Shown here one piece after another: positions 13,591 through 25,263 of a stretch of 64,000 nucleotides of DNA. The notes below the pieces were generated by a model. The model was not told the origin of the DNA, did not search any database, and was given only the letters and a program-made list of their open reading frames with translations. How positions within the stretch are numbered: position 1 is the first letter of the stretch; the number at the start of each line of letters is the position of its first letter. The stretch is from Octopus sinensis. Its lineage: Eukaryota. Both the position numbers and the translations under genes were made by a program. The DNA lies in the NCBI RefSeq assembly GCF_006345805.1, contig NC_043005.1:91884001-91948000 (forward strand). The letters run 5' to 3'.

Positions 13591-14882
13591 CGAAGGGCGT
13601 TCAATAAGTAATGCCCCTGACCCACTTCCCATAGCAGTAGAGCAACGAAACTTGGCACAGTTATTAGTCTTTTTCTACCTAGAAACCACCCAGAGTTACG
13701 CATTTCTCCCATTGTTTGATGCAGCTCTGGAGACCGTTTTTGTAGAAGACCCCAGCTTGGTCCTCCAACCACAACGTGACTTCAGAAATCAAGGCTGCAT
13801 CATCTGGGAAACGCTTTCCTTTCAAAAACAACTTCATGGCTGGGAAGAGGTGAAAATCTGAGGGTGCAAGGTCAAGAGAGTAGGGGCACGGGGGAGGAGT
13901 TCATAGCCGCACGCCTGTGCTTCTGATCTGGCAACCATCGATTTGTGGACCGGAGCGTTGTCCTGCAGGAGGAGGATGCCTTTGCTGATCTTGCCCCGCC
14001 TCTTGATTTTGATAGCTTCTCTTAATTTCATCAAAAGTGAAGCATAATAGGCTCCTGTAATTGTGGTACCCTTTGCCAGGAAATCTGTCATCACTACTCC
14101 ATCCTGGTCCCAGAAGACTGTGAGCATGACCTTGCTAGCTGAGGGCTGCACCCTTGCCTTTTTTGGAGGAGGTGAGTCACGGTGCTTCCACTGCATTGAC
14201 TGGGCTTTTGTCTCTGGATCATAGTGATGGACCCAGGTTTCATCCTGTGTAATCAGTCTTTTGAAAAATTTTGACTCATCTTCTTGGCACATCTCCAAAT
14301 TCGTCCTTGAGCACTCAACGCGTTCTTGCTTCCGGAAAGGTGTGAGCAACCTGGGAATCCATATGGCAGACACCTTTTGCATATGCAAATGGTCATGAAT
14401 GATTGGTTTCCACAGACCCGGTACTAATCTTGACCTCATGGGCTATTTGGCGAATAGTTATGCGTCGATCTTCCAAAATGGCAGCCTGAACTTGATGGAC
14501 AGATGCCTCATCAAAAGCAGTAGGGGGCGACCAGATCTGGGAGCTGTTTCCACAGAGTTCCGACCATGTTTGAATTCACAATGCCAGCGTTTTACAAGGT
14601 CATATGATGGGGCATCATCACTATAAGTTACTTTCATTTCATCAAAAGTCTCCCGTGGTGTGCGTCTTTTCAAATATAAAAAGTGGATCACTGCCCGACA
14701 CTCAACAGGCTCCATTTCACACTTGACTCAGTTCAAACACCTGTAAATCAGAAACCACAATTAGTTCATAGCTGTAATTTACCACTTCATCTATGAAGAT
14801 ATGAATAATTGCACATGCAAAATTTCAGCTAGATCAAACAACTGCAAGTGGGTCAGAGGCATTACTTATTGAACGCCCCTCG
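13591..14882 (-). mobile_element. Full-length mariner (DD34D-type) transposon, 1292 bp, inactive
   Basis: TIRs cgaagggcgttcaataagtaatgcccctgacccactt / aagtgggtcagaggcattacttattgaacgcccctcg, TA at 13589-90 and 14883-84. Confidence 0.95.
13664..14715 (-). pseudogene. Mariner transposase pseudogene (frameshifts near 14500 and 13870; late in-frame stop)
   Basis: N-terminal HTH MEPVECRAVIHFLYLK...RSGRP; catalytic motifs LITQDETWVHHYDPETK and LLQDNAPVH; frameshifted YSPDLAPSD region; C-terminus ...WEKCVTLGGF*VEKD. Confidence 0.9.
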
Positions 14883-15271
14883 TATGAACTGGTTTGAAAC
14901 CTCGTCAAACTGAAGCCTACATGATCGGTGGATAAAAGCTTTTATATATAAGCAAATTTGTTAATGAAGTATTAATTAATATGAATAAGAATAGATACAC
15001 TTGAACATTTATAGAAATATATTAGTATCTATGTCCACAAACAAGAGAAATATACACAATGTGTTTGTAGTAAATAAGTTTTAGAGATTATTCTGAAATA
15101 ATATTCTTTCTCAGAAGATTCTAGATGAAAGAAATGTAGTTAACTCTTTTTGTTACATTCTCTCAGATGTTCTTTTTTAAATCATATTTCCCAACCTTAG
15201 AATATTCATCTTCTCTTTAAATGTAGAATGTTTCTCCTCTATCATCTACAATCATATTACTAAACACCACA

Positions 15272-15425
15272 TGTACAGGCATGGCTGTGTGGCTAAGAAG
15301 TTCACTTTGCAGCAACATGGATTTCAGGTTGCATGTGACATTGAGGAAGTATCTTTTATTATAGCCTGAAACTGACAATGTCATATGAGTGAAATTTGGT
15401 TGATGGAAACTATACAGAAGCTCAC
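15272..15425 (+). mobile_element. Old SINE family A-like copy
   Basis: ggcatggctgtgtggctaagaagttcactttgcagcaacatgg head. Confidence 0.55.
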
Positions 15426-15512
15426 CACACACACACATGCACATACACATTTATAATTTGGTTGATTGATAGATGAAAGCTGAAAGAAGCCTGCTCTCTC
15501 TCTCTCTCTACC

Positions 15513-15570
<58 letters not shown>

Positions 15571-16796
15571 ATCTCTATACATCCTTTACAACATGTAGTG
15601 AGCACTCCTTTCTTATTTGTCCAATACAAAGCAAAGTATGTGTGTGTGTTCTTGTCTGTTTTTCTGGACACCGTGCAGCAGTTGTACGCAGGCATCCCTG
15701 CCATACAAACGGTGGTGTTTGTTTCTAGTGTTCTGTGGAAGCATATCTGGCCATGGAAAAATATTAGCTTGCTTGTTAATAGTTGAGCTGTTGGTAACAG
15801 AAGAAAAGTCATCCAGCCACAGAATATGCTACCTCAGCAGCTCTTCCTGCAACCTAGCTGGAAAATGTGGATGTAAAAACGTTGATGACTCTGATGATGA
15901 GGGAGAATCATGAAAGTAATACTCTCTTGGGATTCTTCTATTATAATCTCAATTTTCGTTATTCACAGAAAACTGATTGATTACAGCTTTTAGATATATG
16001 AAATTGTTCCTATATCTGCACTCACTCTTATTTGCTCATTCTCACACTCTTACTTCTCACTCTAAAACTTTGCTCAATCTCACACTCTCACTTACTTGTT
16101 TGCACACTCTTACTCTTGAAATTTTGCTCGTTTTTGCATTCATACTTGCTCTCTCTCACTTTCTTATTGCTCACTCTTTCATTCTCACACTCTTACTATC
16201 TCACTTACTTTCATACTCTTACTCTAACTCGCTGTGTCTGTCTGTCTGTCTGTCTCTGGTCTAACTTTGTAAAAGTTACAAAACATTTTGATAAAGTAGG
16301 AATTTCAACATAAATCATGGATCTTCAATCTAATGTGAAATTCTTTCAAAACAAGAAAAGATAAAAAAAAAAACACTTTTTCATCCAGCGTCTACCATAA
16401 CCAAACATGCTTTTGTTGAATTAGGTTAGTAAAAAAACAACAACCCAAAATCAATGAAATGTTGTTGATAAACCATTTAATACCTTTTTACAACTCTCCA
16501 TACGAGTTTCTCCCTCAGGGTGAAATTTCTTTACCATCTTCATCTTGTTAATGTTTACTTAACAATCTATTAGTGTTTCTTTTATTTATTTTCATTACAA
16601 GACAAATGATTTTTTTTCCTTTTTGCAATTTGCATTTGTTTTCTTTTTTCCCCACTGATAAGTGGCTCTTTCATTAGAATTTTATCTTCTCTTTTACTTT
16701 TTAATTCTACATGGTTTGCAAGAATCAATGTTTTTACTATGTTTCATAACTATATATATATATTTTTATAGGTATCTAAGTTACTGCTTTTATTAT

Positions 16797-16835
<39 letters not shown>

Positions 16836-17244
16836 ATAAATGTGCTTCTAACAAGTAATATATTCATTAGAGTTTTCTAATTTGTTTCTGATGCAGACTT
16901 CACATGCATATACATGTATACATGCATTTTGCATATAATGAAGCATGCCTCATTTTTTTTATTTGTTACTTATAATAAAAGTGTTTTAATTAATGGGAAT
17001 AGAAAGTAAGTGTGGAGTAGATATACTGAAATGTTGAGAGGCATTTGTAGAGTAAGACGTTAGTAGTGGAGATAAGTTATATAATCTATGGAATATCGTA
17101 AAATACAATGTTTTATGTGAAAATAAATACAGAAGGAGGAAGGAATCTGCACCCAGCTCAGACTAATTTTGAAATGTTAAGAAGTGATATTCTGAAAATG
17201 TTACCCTAGATTATCACTAGCCAATGAAAATAGTTCTATACAGT

Positions 17245-17680
17245 CACTTGACTTGCTAGAAATAACAAGGCCATCTTTCATTTGACTTGCTAGAAATAGC
17301 AAGACCATTTTTCCTGGATTCTATTGGAATCTTCTTTGTTTTGCCCTATCCTCTACACCCTCCCCCCCTTGCACTCATTTCTTCTTCCATCTTTAGATGT
17401 GCCATTCTCAATTCTGCCCTTTCTCTACTTTATTAAATGTTCATTTCCATCTCTTCTCCCACTAAGTCACCTTCAGTTTTCTTCACTACATAACCTAGTC
17501 ATTTTATCCTATTTCTCTTCTCAAATATCCTGCTAGAAATAGCTGCTAAATGTCCCTCAAATTACACACTTCTGTTTAAAAAAGAAACGTACATAGTTGA
17601 TAATGTAGTCCTAGATATACTGTCTCTGAACAGTAAAGAAAAGATGGTTATGCCTGGGCTAAAAATAACTAGTATTAAAT
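17245..17680 (+). repeat. Interspersed repeat family with motif tgacttgctagaaatagc (also near 31675-32100)
   Basis: Motif recurs at about 17250, 17283, 17532, 31681 and 32033. Confidence 0.55.
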
Positions 17681-17702
17681 GCACCCATTCTTACATTCTT
17701 CA

Positions 17703-17850
17703 GAGTGGCTGGTGTTAGGAAGGGCATCCAGCTGTAGAAACTATCAGATCAAGATTGGAGCCTGGTGCAGCCATCTGGTTCACCAACCCTCAGTCAACCC
17801 ATGCTAGCATGGAAAGCGGACGTTAAACGATGATGATGATGATAATGATG
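17703..17850 (+). mobile_element. RTE 3' tail fragment
   Basis: ttaggaagggcatccagctgtagaaac...catgctagcatggaaagcggacgttaaac(gat)n. Confidence 0.85.
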
Positions 17851-20800
17851 CTTACATTCTTCCTTTAAACTCTGAAGAATCTTCTGTCGAATGATGCAAC
17901 CAATTGCAGAAGTGGGTGAGGGATGGTGAAAAATCCTTTATAGTATTGACTTATAATCCTTTATCTTCAGTGTTCAAATCCTGCCAATGTCATCTTTCAT
18001 AATTCTAAGGAATAATAAAATAGGCATGATTTAATTACTAAGGTATTGATTGTTTCCCTGCTTAGTTTGTGGCTTTGTGCTTATGCTAAAAATCATTATT
18101 ATTGTTATTAGGACTAAGATATCAAGTTACATTTCCAAGAGTTTTATGGTTTTAACAACTGTCTTCAGTTTTTTAATAACTGTACTATCAGTCTTGCACA
18201 CATTTCTTGTGTAGTTTTCAAAGGGAAAAATATGTTATATTTTACTGCTATAAAAGTCACAGTATGTATGTGTCTAGATTGCTTGCCATTGCTATTTGTC
18301 CTGCAACCATTGTAGTTATTTCATGCATGCTGTGCATAGAGAGTACTTGCAATCTGGTTTACCAATAAACAAGAAAATAAAATATGTCAGTAGGAAACTG
18401 ATCCAGTGTCAATTTGTTAGCAAGGATTGTTAAATGTTTTTCGGTTCCATCTTTTCTGGTCTGTTGCCAATCAAATTTAGTGTTATGTAATTTAAGCTAC
18501 AAGAACAATATAAATCATAATAAATCATTTGTTGCTCTTCTTCTTCTTCTTCTTCTTCTTCTTCTCCTCCTCCTCCTCATCCTCCCTCTCCTTCTTTAGA
18601 GCACTGCAGTAAAATACCTTGAAGCACTTATTGCTTTATTCTGTGTTCAAATCCTGACGAGGTCAACTTCACATTCTTTTTCAGTCAATAAAATAAAGTA
18701 CCAACCAAGTCCTGGGATTGATGTAATAGCTCCTCCCGCCTCAAAATTACTAACATTGTGTGTACTCAGGGTTATTATATTCTGAGTTCAAATCATGCCA
18801 AGGCCAGCTTTGCCTTTTATCCTTCTGTTAATGTAGAGCATCAATGGAATTGACCAACCTCTTCTTGTTTGGACTGCTTGCTTTGAGCCTAAATAACAAA
18901 TAGCAATTATTAGTTACAGTATTGGCATAATCATCAGAGTACTGGGAAAAACTGCCTTGTGTTGTTTCTTTTGGCTCTTTATTACTGATATGCCTTTCCT
19001 CTGTCTGATGTTCATAAACTTAAGTACCTGTTAATTAATTAACCCTTCCCTCCAGTTTTTAGGCTCTGTACCAATACTGAAGAAATTATTATTATCACTA
19101 TGACTTAATGGTCCTTATTAGGACTGTCATGTTAAGTTGATAATATACAACCACTCTATCGTTCCACCACCACTCATATCTCTCTGAGATATTTAGAAAT
19201 TTAATATTTCTAATTTTGGTGATCAGAGAATAAACTTCACTGAAAAAATATATATATATATATATGTTTACAAAGCCTAGACAGGTATCTTCAGCTAGCA
19301 GGCCATGCTACTCCAGACTGACGACGAGCAAGACTCTGGATGCAGGCCTAGCTGTTGGGGGTGCTTGTCTCCCCCTTGTAAACATAAAGACATAGGAAAT
19401 GTGTCAAGGCCGACATTGATGTTTCCTAGGGTTAAATAGCAGTGGTGTAATTCCCTCTATGGGAAGTCAACGTTAAGTTGACAGTATACAACCGTTCAAC
19501 TTAATGGTCCTTATTGGGATAACAGGATATATTTTTAAATAGTACAGTGGCATATTAGTAGTAATACAAAACAATTTTAATTGACTATAATTACTCCCTT
19601 AAAGAGGTGAACAAATCATTATCAAAATGGCTAATTGTGAATTATTTTTAAATAGTTATTCTATGTGTTTTATAACTTCATTTTTGTATCAGCTTGCAGT
19701 TAACTAAAGAGATGATGGGGTGTTCTATTCTATTTTAAATTGTTTTTGATTTGAACTTGTTAATTTAATTAAGGGTACTTATTTGTGCTTAAAACTGTGC
19801 AAAAGAGAGAAAAAAATGATAACTCTTAAATTTCAATAACTGTTCAAATATTGCCAATTTCTACATTTCATTCAAGAGCATACTCAAATATTAGGAAAAA
19901 CTGACATAATTTCTGCAAAAGTAAAATAATAGATTCTTCTCATTCCTTGTCAAAACAGTGAGTGTAGTGAAAGTTGACTTAGTTTTCTTTAAGTATTTGA
20001 CATTGTTCTGTACAATTATTGGAAGTAATATTTGTTTCCTTCTTCTCCAAATCAGCCACACATGCTAAAGTTTGGAGTTTATTTCTGTTTCACAACTTGA
20101 AACTTCATAGCTTTCAAGTGTTGTTAAATGTAATAATTGATTTAATTTTGAGAGGTTGTTTATTAATCATGGCAAACTGGACTGGTTCACTTTGCAAAGA
20201 ACCACGTGTATATTAGCTTTTCAGTACACTAAATTCATGAAATATAATGCACAAAACTGCTCCAACTCATTACAAACGTTCAAGTTTTAGCCACGAGAAA
20301 GAGGAAAACTTATAGTAATAACAGATAAGTATGTAGTAATGATCTCAAATGACTTATTTGAGATATATCAGCCCAGTAAATAAGGTGTTAACCTATATAT
20401 TAAAAAAATAAAAAAATCAAGAATTCATATATTGTTACTGACATTGTTTTGTATACTTGTTTGGACACCTGTTCTACTTAACGATTTTGGACACCTGTTT
20501 CACTTAGTGATTCTGAACATCTGTTCTACTTAGCTGGTTGTAGCAGAAAATATATGAAGAGGGAAGAACGATATTCTAGTAGTGAACCAAGCAAATTTGT
20601 AATTAAAATGTAGTTTGGTATTTTAAAGTATTGAGACGAGATTTTCAAGTGAAATAATATGAAACTATTACCAAATACTTCTTATGAAATTTGCTGCTTG
20701 AGCTTCCCTTCATTTTGAATAGAGTCAACAATTCAGAGGGAATTAATCAAGTAATTAACTTTTACATTTATTTCTATATCAAACTGGTGTTAAAATTATG

Positions 20801-21196
20801 ATGGGTAGTTTAATTCAAATATGAACGCTTTAAAAGGATCGATTTTGTTTCATAGGTCTCGGAGTTGTTTGAAAATAACCTCTAAACGGAAAATTTTGAT
20901 ATTTACACATTGGATAATGTGGAACTAAATACATATTTAAAAAAGAGTTACAACAGCTAGAATTTTTCTTAGCTGAATCAGGGCTAACTTGGGGCTATGC
21001 AACAACATTTCTACTGTTTGCTGCTGTGGTATGATTACTGGTATTTGCTGGTTCTTTTCACATCATGATTTTCTTATGTTGGACTTTTTGAATAAGGTTT
21101 TACACAGTGCAAATAAAATAAATATCATGCATGCCATTTTATGTTTTAAAATTATTTAATTAAAAATATAATTTCCAATCTTTTCCTTTTGTGCAG

Positions 21197-22057
21197 GAAA
21201 TGCTGGCAAAGCTGTAACAGAAGAAATCCGTCGAGCAATAACAAATGGAAGTGTACCACCACCTGATGAACTGGAAAGAGACAGTAGCCAGGAGAATTCA
21301 CCAGTTGGAGGTTCAACACTGCATGACACAGATGTAGAGCGTGTTGGTTTTCCTTCTGAAGCAGACAGCTTCCGACTGTCTCGCCTCATTGGGTCATATG
21401 GAGGCGGCAACCCTAGTGAAGAGAAAGAACGCGTTTGTGTTAAGAGGGTTAGTAGTCGGCCATATCGAGATTCAGACAGTGACTCAAGCTCTTCCATAGC
21501 CACCTCACCAACACTTTCTGCTGCCAAAAAATCTGGAAACATATCAACATCATCTCTGTCCACACAAGACAAAACTATTGAAGGAGACGTGGGGGTTGAA
21601 CAGAATGGCCACAAAAAACTTTCTCCAGTGTCAAATTTTGCACAAGAAAAGCAACCAAGCAATAATGTGGCTGGAAGCTCATCTAATAGTAATGAAATTG
21701 AACAAAGTAGCCCCAAATTTTCATCACCCGGCTTATCACTGCAGGTTGACTCTAAACCACGACTTTTAGATCTGGCAAAATCTAATCCATCTTCTCCAAA
21801 AAATATGTCACAATCCATTGATGGTAGCCACTCTGCACTAACTACACAAAACATTTCTGCCTCAATTGACAGTGGTAAAATTCCAACGTCTTATCAAGCA
21901 GATGCTGGGTCAGAACAAGAATTGTTTCCTTTAAGTCCATCTTCTGTGTCCAGGAATATACCCTCATCAGATGGGTCAGACAATGAACAGCCGATTGATT
22001 CCTATTTTGTCACGGATCTTGCATCAAAAGATGATATCTCACAAACAAAGAAAACAG
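21197..22057 (+). CDS. Internal coding exon (287 codons, phase 1-1) of an unidentified host gene; Ser/Pro/Asp-rich, probably disordered segment (NAGKAVTEEIRRAITNGSVPPPDELERDSSQENSP...DDISQTKKT)
   Basis: Polypyrimidine acceptor ttttccttttgtgcAG at 21195-21196; stop-free frame continuing into the track ORF 21589-22062; donor AG|GTTAGA at 22057/22058; length divisible by 3; GC higher than flanks; no transposon motifs. Confidence 0.8.
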
Positions 22058-22937
22058 GTTAGAATTTTTATTATCTTAGCTTTGCAATTTATATTTTTTA
22101 AACCTTGCTGTTTTCTGCTCTAAAACTTTCAACTCACTATTTTAATTTCATCTCCTGAATTTGCTGAAATATTTTATACTTGATAATTACAACTAAAAAC
22201 ATATCACGATTAATGTTTTTTATGACTCTTTCTAACTAAAAATGAAAAGGTTTTGAGAAAAATATTAATAACTATGGAAGTAAAAAATATTTTACTAAAG
22301 ACTAATTTTGAATGTCTATCAAGTATTTTAAAAGACAAATGCTAATAACTTGTAAATAAAATAGAGTTAATCTTGGAAAATTGTTTTTTGGATAATAACA
22401 GGAATAACAGTTGCAGAAAAATTCACCGTTTTTGTTATCACCCAAGTTCAAGATAATTTACTTGAACATAATCCCACGTCTGTTCTGCTTTCCGAATTCT
22501 CCTTTAATCAGCTTTTACATTCAATGAAAAATATGTTTCTTTTGCTTATAACATATTACTTTACTTCACTATTGTCCTCTACTAACTTGCTCATTCACCT
22601 GTTTCTTTAATCCTCTTTCATTCATGTTCTTTTTTAGCATTGTTGCATGCGTTGTTAAGCAGTTTGTATACTCTGGTGTTGGAATTAACGGCCTATCTTA
22701 TTCTGTAATCCAGACCAGTTTCTGATATCTAGAAGGAATGGCAAAAGAATTAGGAATTCTGTGATATAGAAAATTTGTTTGTTTTGTACAAAAACTTAAG
22801 AACACTTGATATATGTGTGTGATGGAAGTATACAAAGTAAATATATTTATATGTGTAGAAATAGAATACCAATCATATATTACTGGTATCAAACTACAAG
22901 GTCAAGCATAGTTTCTGAGTCATTATTTTACTGGGTT

Positions 22938-23339
22938 AAGGTGGTGAGCTGGCAGAAACGTTGGCACGCCAGGCGAAATGCTTAGCGATATTTCGTCTGC
23001 CGCTACATTCTGAGTTCAAATTCCGCCGAGGTTGACTTTGCCTATCATCCTTTCGGGGTCGATAAATTAAGTACCAGTTATGCACTGGGGTTGACATAAT
23101 CGACTTAATCCGTTTGTCTGTCCTTGTTTGTCCCCTCTGTGTTTAGCCCCTTGTGAGCAGTAAAGAAATAAGAAACGTTAGCATCTGTTTTTATGTTCTG
23201 AGTTCAAATTCTGCTGAGGATGACTTTGCCTTTCATCCTTTTGGGACCGATAAATTAAGTACCAGTTGCATACTGGGGTCAATCTAATTGACTGGTCTCC
23301 TCCCCCCAAATTTCAGGCCTTGTGCCTAGAGTAGAAAAG
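22938..23339 (+). mobile_element. SINE family B with internally duplicated core and 13-bp TSD
   Basis: Head aaggtggtgagctggcagaaacg; attattttactgg at 22922-22934 and 23340-23352. Confidence 0.9.
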
Positions 23340-23500
23340 ATTATTTTACTGGTTTACTGACTAGAAGAAAATTCACATCATATCTGTGTTATTGGACATA
23401 ATTACATTTAAATTCACACTAACTCAAACAACCAGAAGTGAATAGGTGCCATGGGGTCATGTTATTTATTGCTTTGCTTAATATGTTGTAAGCTAATAAT

Positions 23501-23562
23501 GATTTCTTCAACTGGACAGTTCCTCAACTGCTTAGTTGTGAAATTGTCCAGTTGAAGAAGTC
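23501..23562. repeat. 62-nt near-perfect hairpin
   Basis: ttcttcaactggaca / tgtccagttgaagaa perfect 15 bp, extended to 27 of 29 pairs including G-U; 4-nt loop. Confidence 0.85.
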
Positions 23563-23710
23563 TTTATTTGATTACAACATTATGAAACTATTTTTATGCA
23601 CAGAATAGCATAAATTAGAAGAACTGAAATAAATTTAAATATTACAAAGCTTCATTGTGGGTGAATTAAGAATGTAAAACACATTCTTTCAAGCTATTGA
23701 TGTGTAGGAG

Positions 23711-23888
23711 AAAAGTGAGTAGGAATCTTTTGACAGACTGTTTCATGGTTTGTTGATTACTCCTCAGAGAACACATATCCAGCTTCCTTCTACAATTAAT
23801 ATCATAGTCATGCAGACTGGGTATATCTTTTCTGATGTGTGTTCAATTAACCATGAAACTGTCAGTCAGAAGACTCCTTCACTTTTTT
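23711..23888. repeat. Foldback/MITE-like element, about 178 bp
   Basis: aggaatcttttgacagactgtttcatggtt vs reverse complement of aaccatgaaactgtcagtcagaagactcct (26 of 30 match); inner arms also pair. Confidence 0.75.
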
Positions 23889-23994
23889 TCCACACATTAA
23901 AAGAATAGAGCGAATGCATTTACATTTTTATTTCATCTACAGTGAGGTTTTGTAATATCTAAATTTATTTCAGTTCTTACAATATTGGTAAAAA

Positions 23995-24230
23995 TTACCC
24001 CTTTTGCAGATTTTCATATGGAACTAAACTGCCCCTTAACTATTGAGGCCTTGGAACAAGAATAACTATGGATATCATAGTAAATAACAACTTTAAAAAA
24101 ATAATTAAATGCTAATTTAATTATTTTTTTAAAGTTGTTATTTACTATGATATCCATAGTTATTCTTGTTCCAAGGCCTCAATAGTTAAGGGGCAGTTTA
24201 GTTCCATATGAAAGTTTGCAAAAGGGGTAA
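23995..24230. repeat. 236-bp near-perfect palindrome, 116-bp arms, GCTA loop
   Basis: Arms compared by eye show only two differences (gcagattttc vs gcaaactttc). Confidence 0.95.
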
Positions 24231-24649
24231 AAGCAGTCTTTTTTTTTATGATTTTCTTCATTTACCCTACTTTTGATGATGGGTGCAGTTTCAAGCATCA
24301 TCGATTACTTCATGAGCTTTTATATTGATTCAGACGACAATTAAAAATGTGTTTGAAGGATTGTTTTCACTTGACTGATGCTTTTTCAGCTATAATATTG
24401 ACACACATATTTTTCCTTAATGCCGTTGCATTTTAAATCCCTCTTTCATATGTGTCCATTATATTTTTATTGGGACACTTGGTGATTAGAACAATATTGA
24501 CTATGCAACTATAGCTTTGTTTTACTATAATTTGATTCAAGCTGCATGACACTTTATTTTCTTCATAAAAATATAAGTGTATGTGGAAAATTTTAATGAT
24601 TCTCTCTTCTTGGTGTATTACCATCCATGTTTCCATAGATCTTTCATAG

Positions 24650-24688
24650 ATTTTAATTCTCCAACTCCTGACTATGACCAGAAGACTG
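24650..24688 (+). CDS. Possible 39-nt phase 1-1 micro-exon (DFNSPTPDYDQKT) downstream of the large exon
   Basis: tctttcatAG acceptor, G|GTACCT donor, phase compatible with the 22057 donor; signals are short and could be chance. Confidence 0.25.
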
Positions 24689-24827
24689 GTACCTCTAAGT
24701 TCACACTTACTGGGTTTGTTATTAATCAAATGAAGTTTCATTTTTCTTTTCAGAGTGTTGACACAATTACGTACATTGATATTTCTCTGGTCATCACTCT
24801 TTTCCACCTCTTATATACATTGTGTGT

Positions 24828-25263
24828 AGGGCGGCGAGCTGGTAGAATCATTAGCACGCTGGGAGAAATGCTGAGCGGTATTTCGTCTGCCGTTACGTTC
24901 TGAGTTCAAATTCCACCGAGGTCGACTTTACCTTTCATTCTTTCGGGGTTGATAAATTAAGTACCAGTTACACACTGGGGTCAATGTAATCGACTTAATC
25001 CATTTGTCTGTCCTTGTTTGTCCCCTCTGTGTATATAAATGTCTGTATTCGCCATGATAGATCGTTAGCCACTACACACATTTTTTTTCTCTCCTTGTTT
25101 CTCTCTTTGTTTTTTTCTGTGTCCCTTTCTGTAGAAGAGCGTAGGCTCGAATCATAAAAGACTTTTTCTATTCCTGAGCATTATACTAATACATCTGTTT
25201 GTTTTGGACACCACCTGTCTTTGTCTTTTGTTTTTTTTATAAACCTTGTAGGTAGTAAAGAAA
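24828..25263 (+). mobile_element. SINE family B with 16-bp TSD, interrupted by an insertion of about 210 bp
   Basis: tatatacattgtgtgt flanks both sides; SINE 3' end cttgtaggtagtaaagaaat resumes at 25245. Confidence 0.85.

Noticed and set aside
132-16313. Many ORFs rich in YI, HT, CV or LS dipeptides
   Set aside because: Translations of (TA)n, (CA)n and (CT)n microsatellites and low-complexity tracts
21262-21290. CUGAUGA...GAAA inside the exon (also CUGAUGA at about 26575 and 33772)
   Set aside because: No stems I-III can be formed
21156-21854. 232-aa minus-strand ORF
   Set aside because: Antisense shadow of the Ser-rich + strand exon; the splice signals support the + strand
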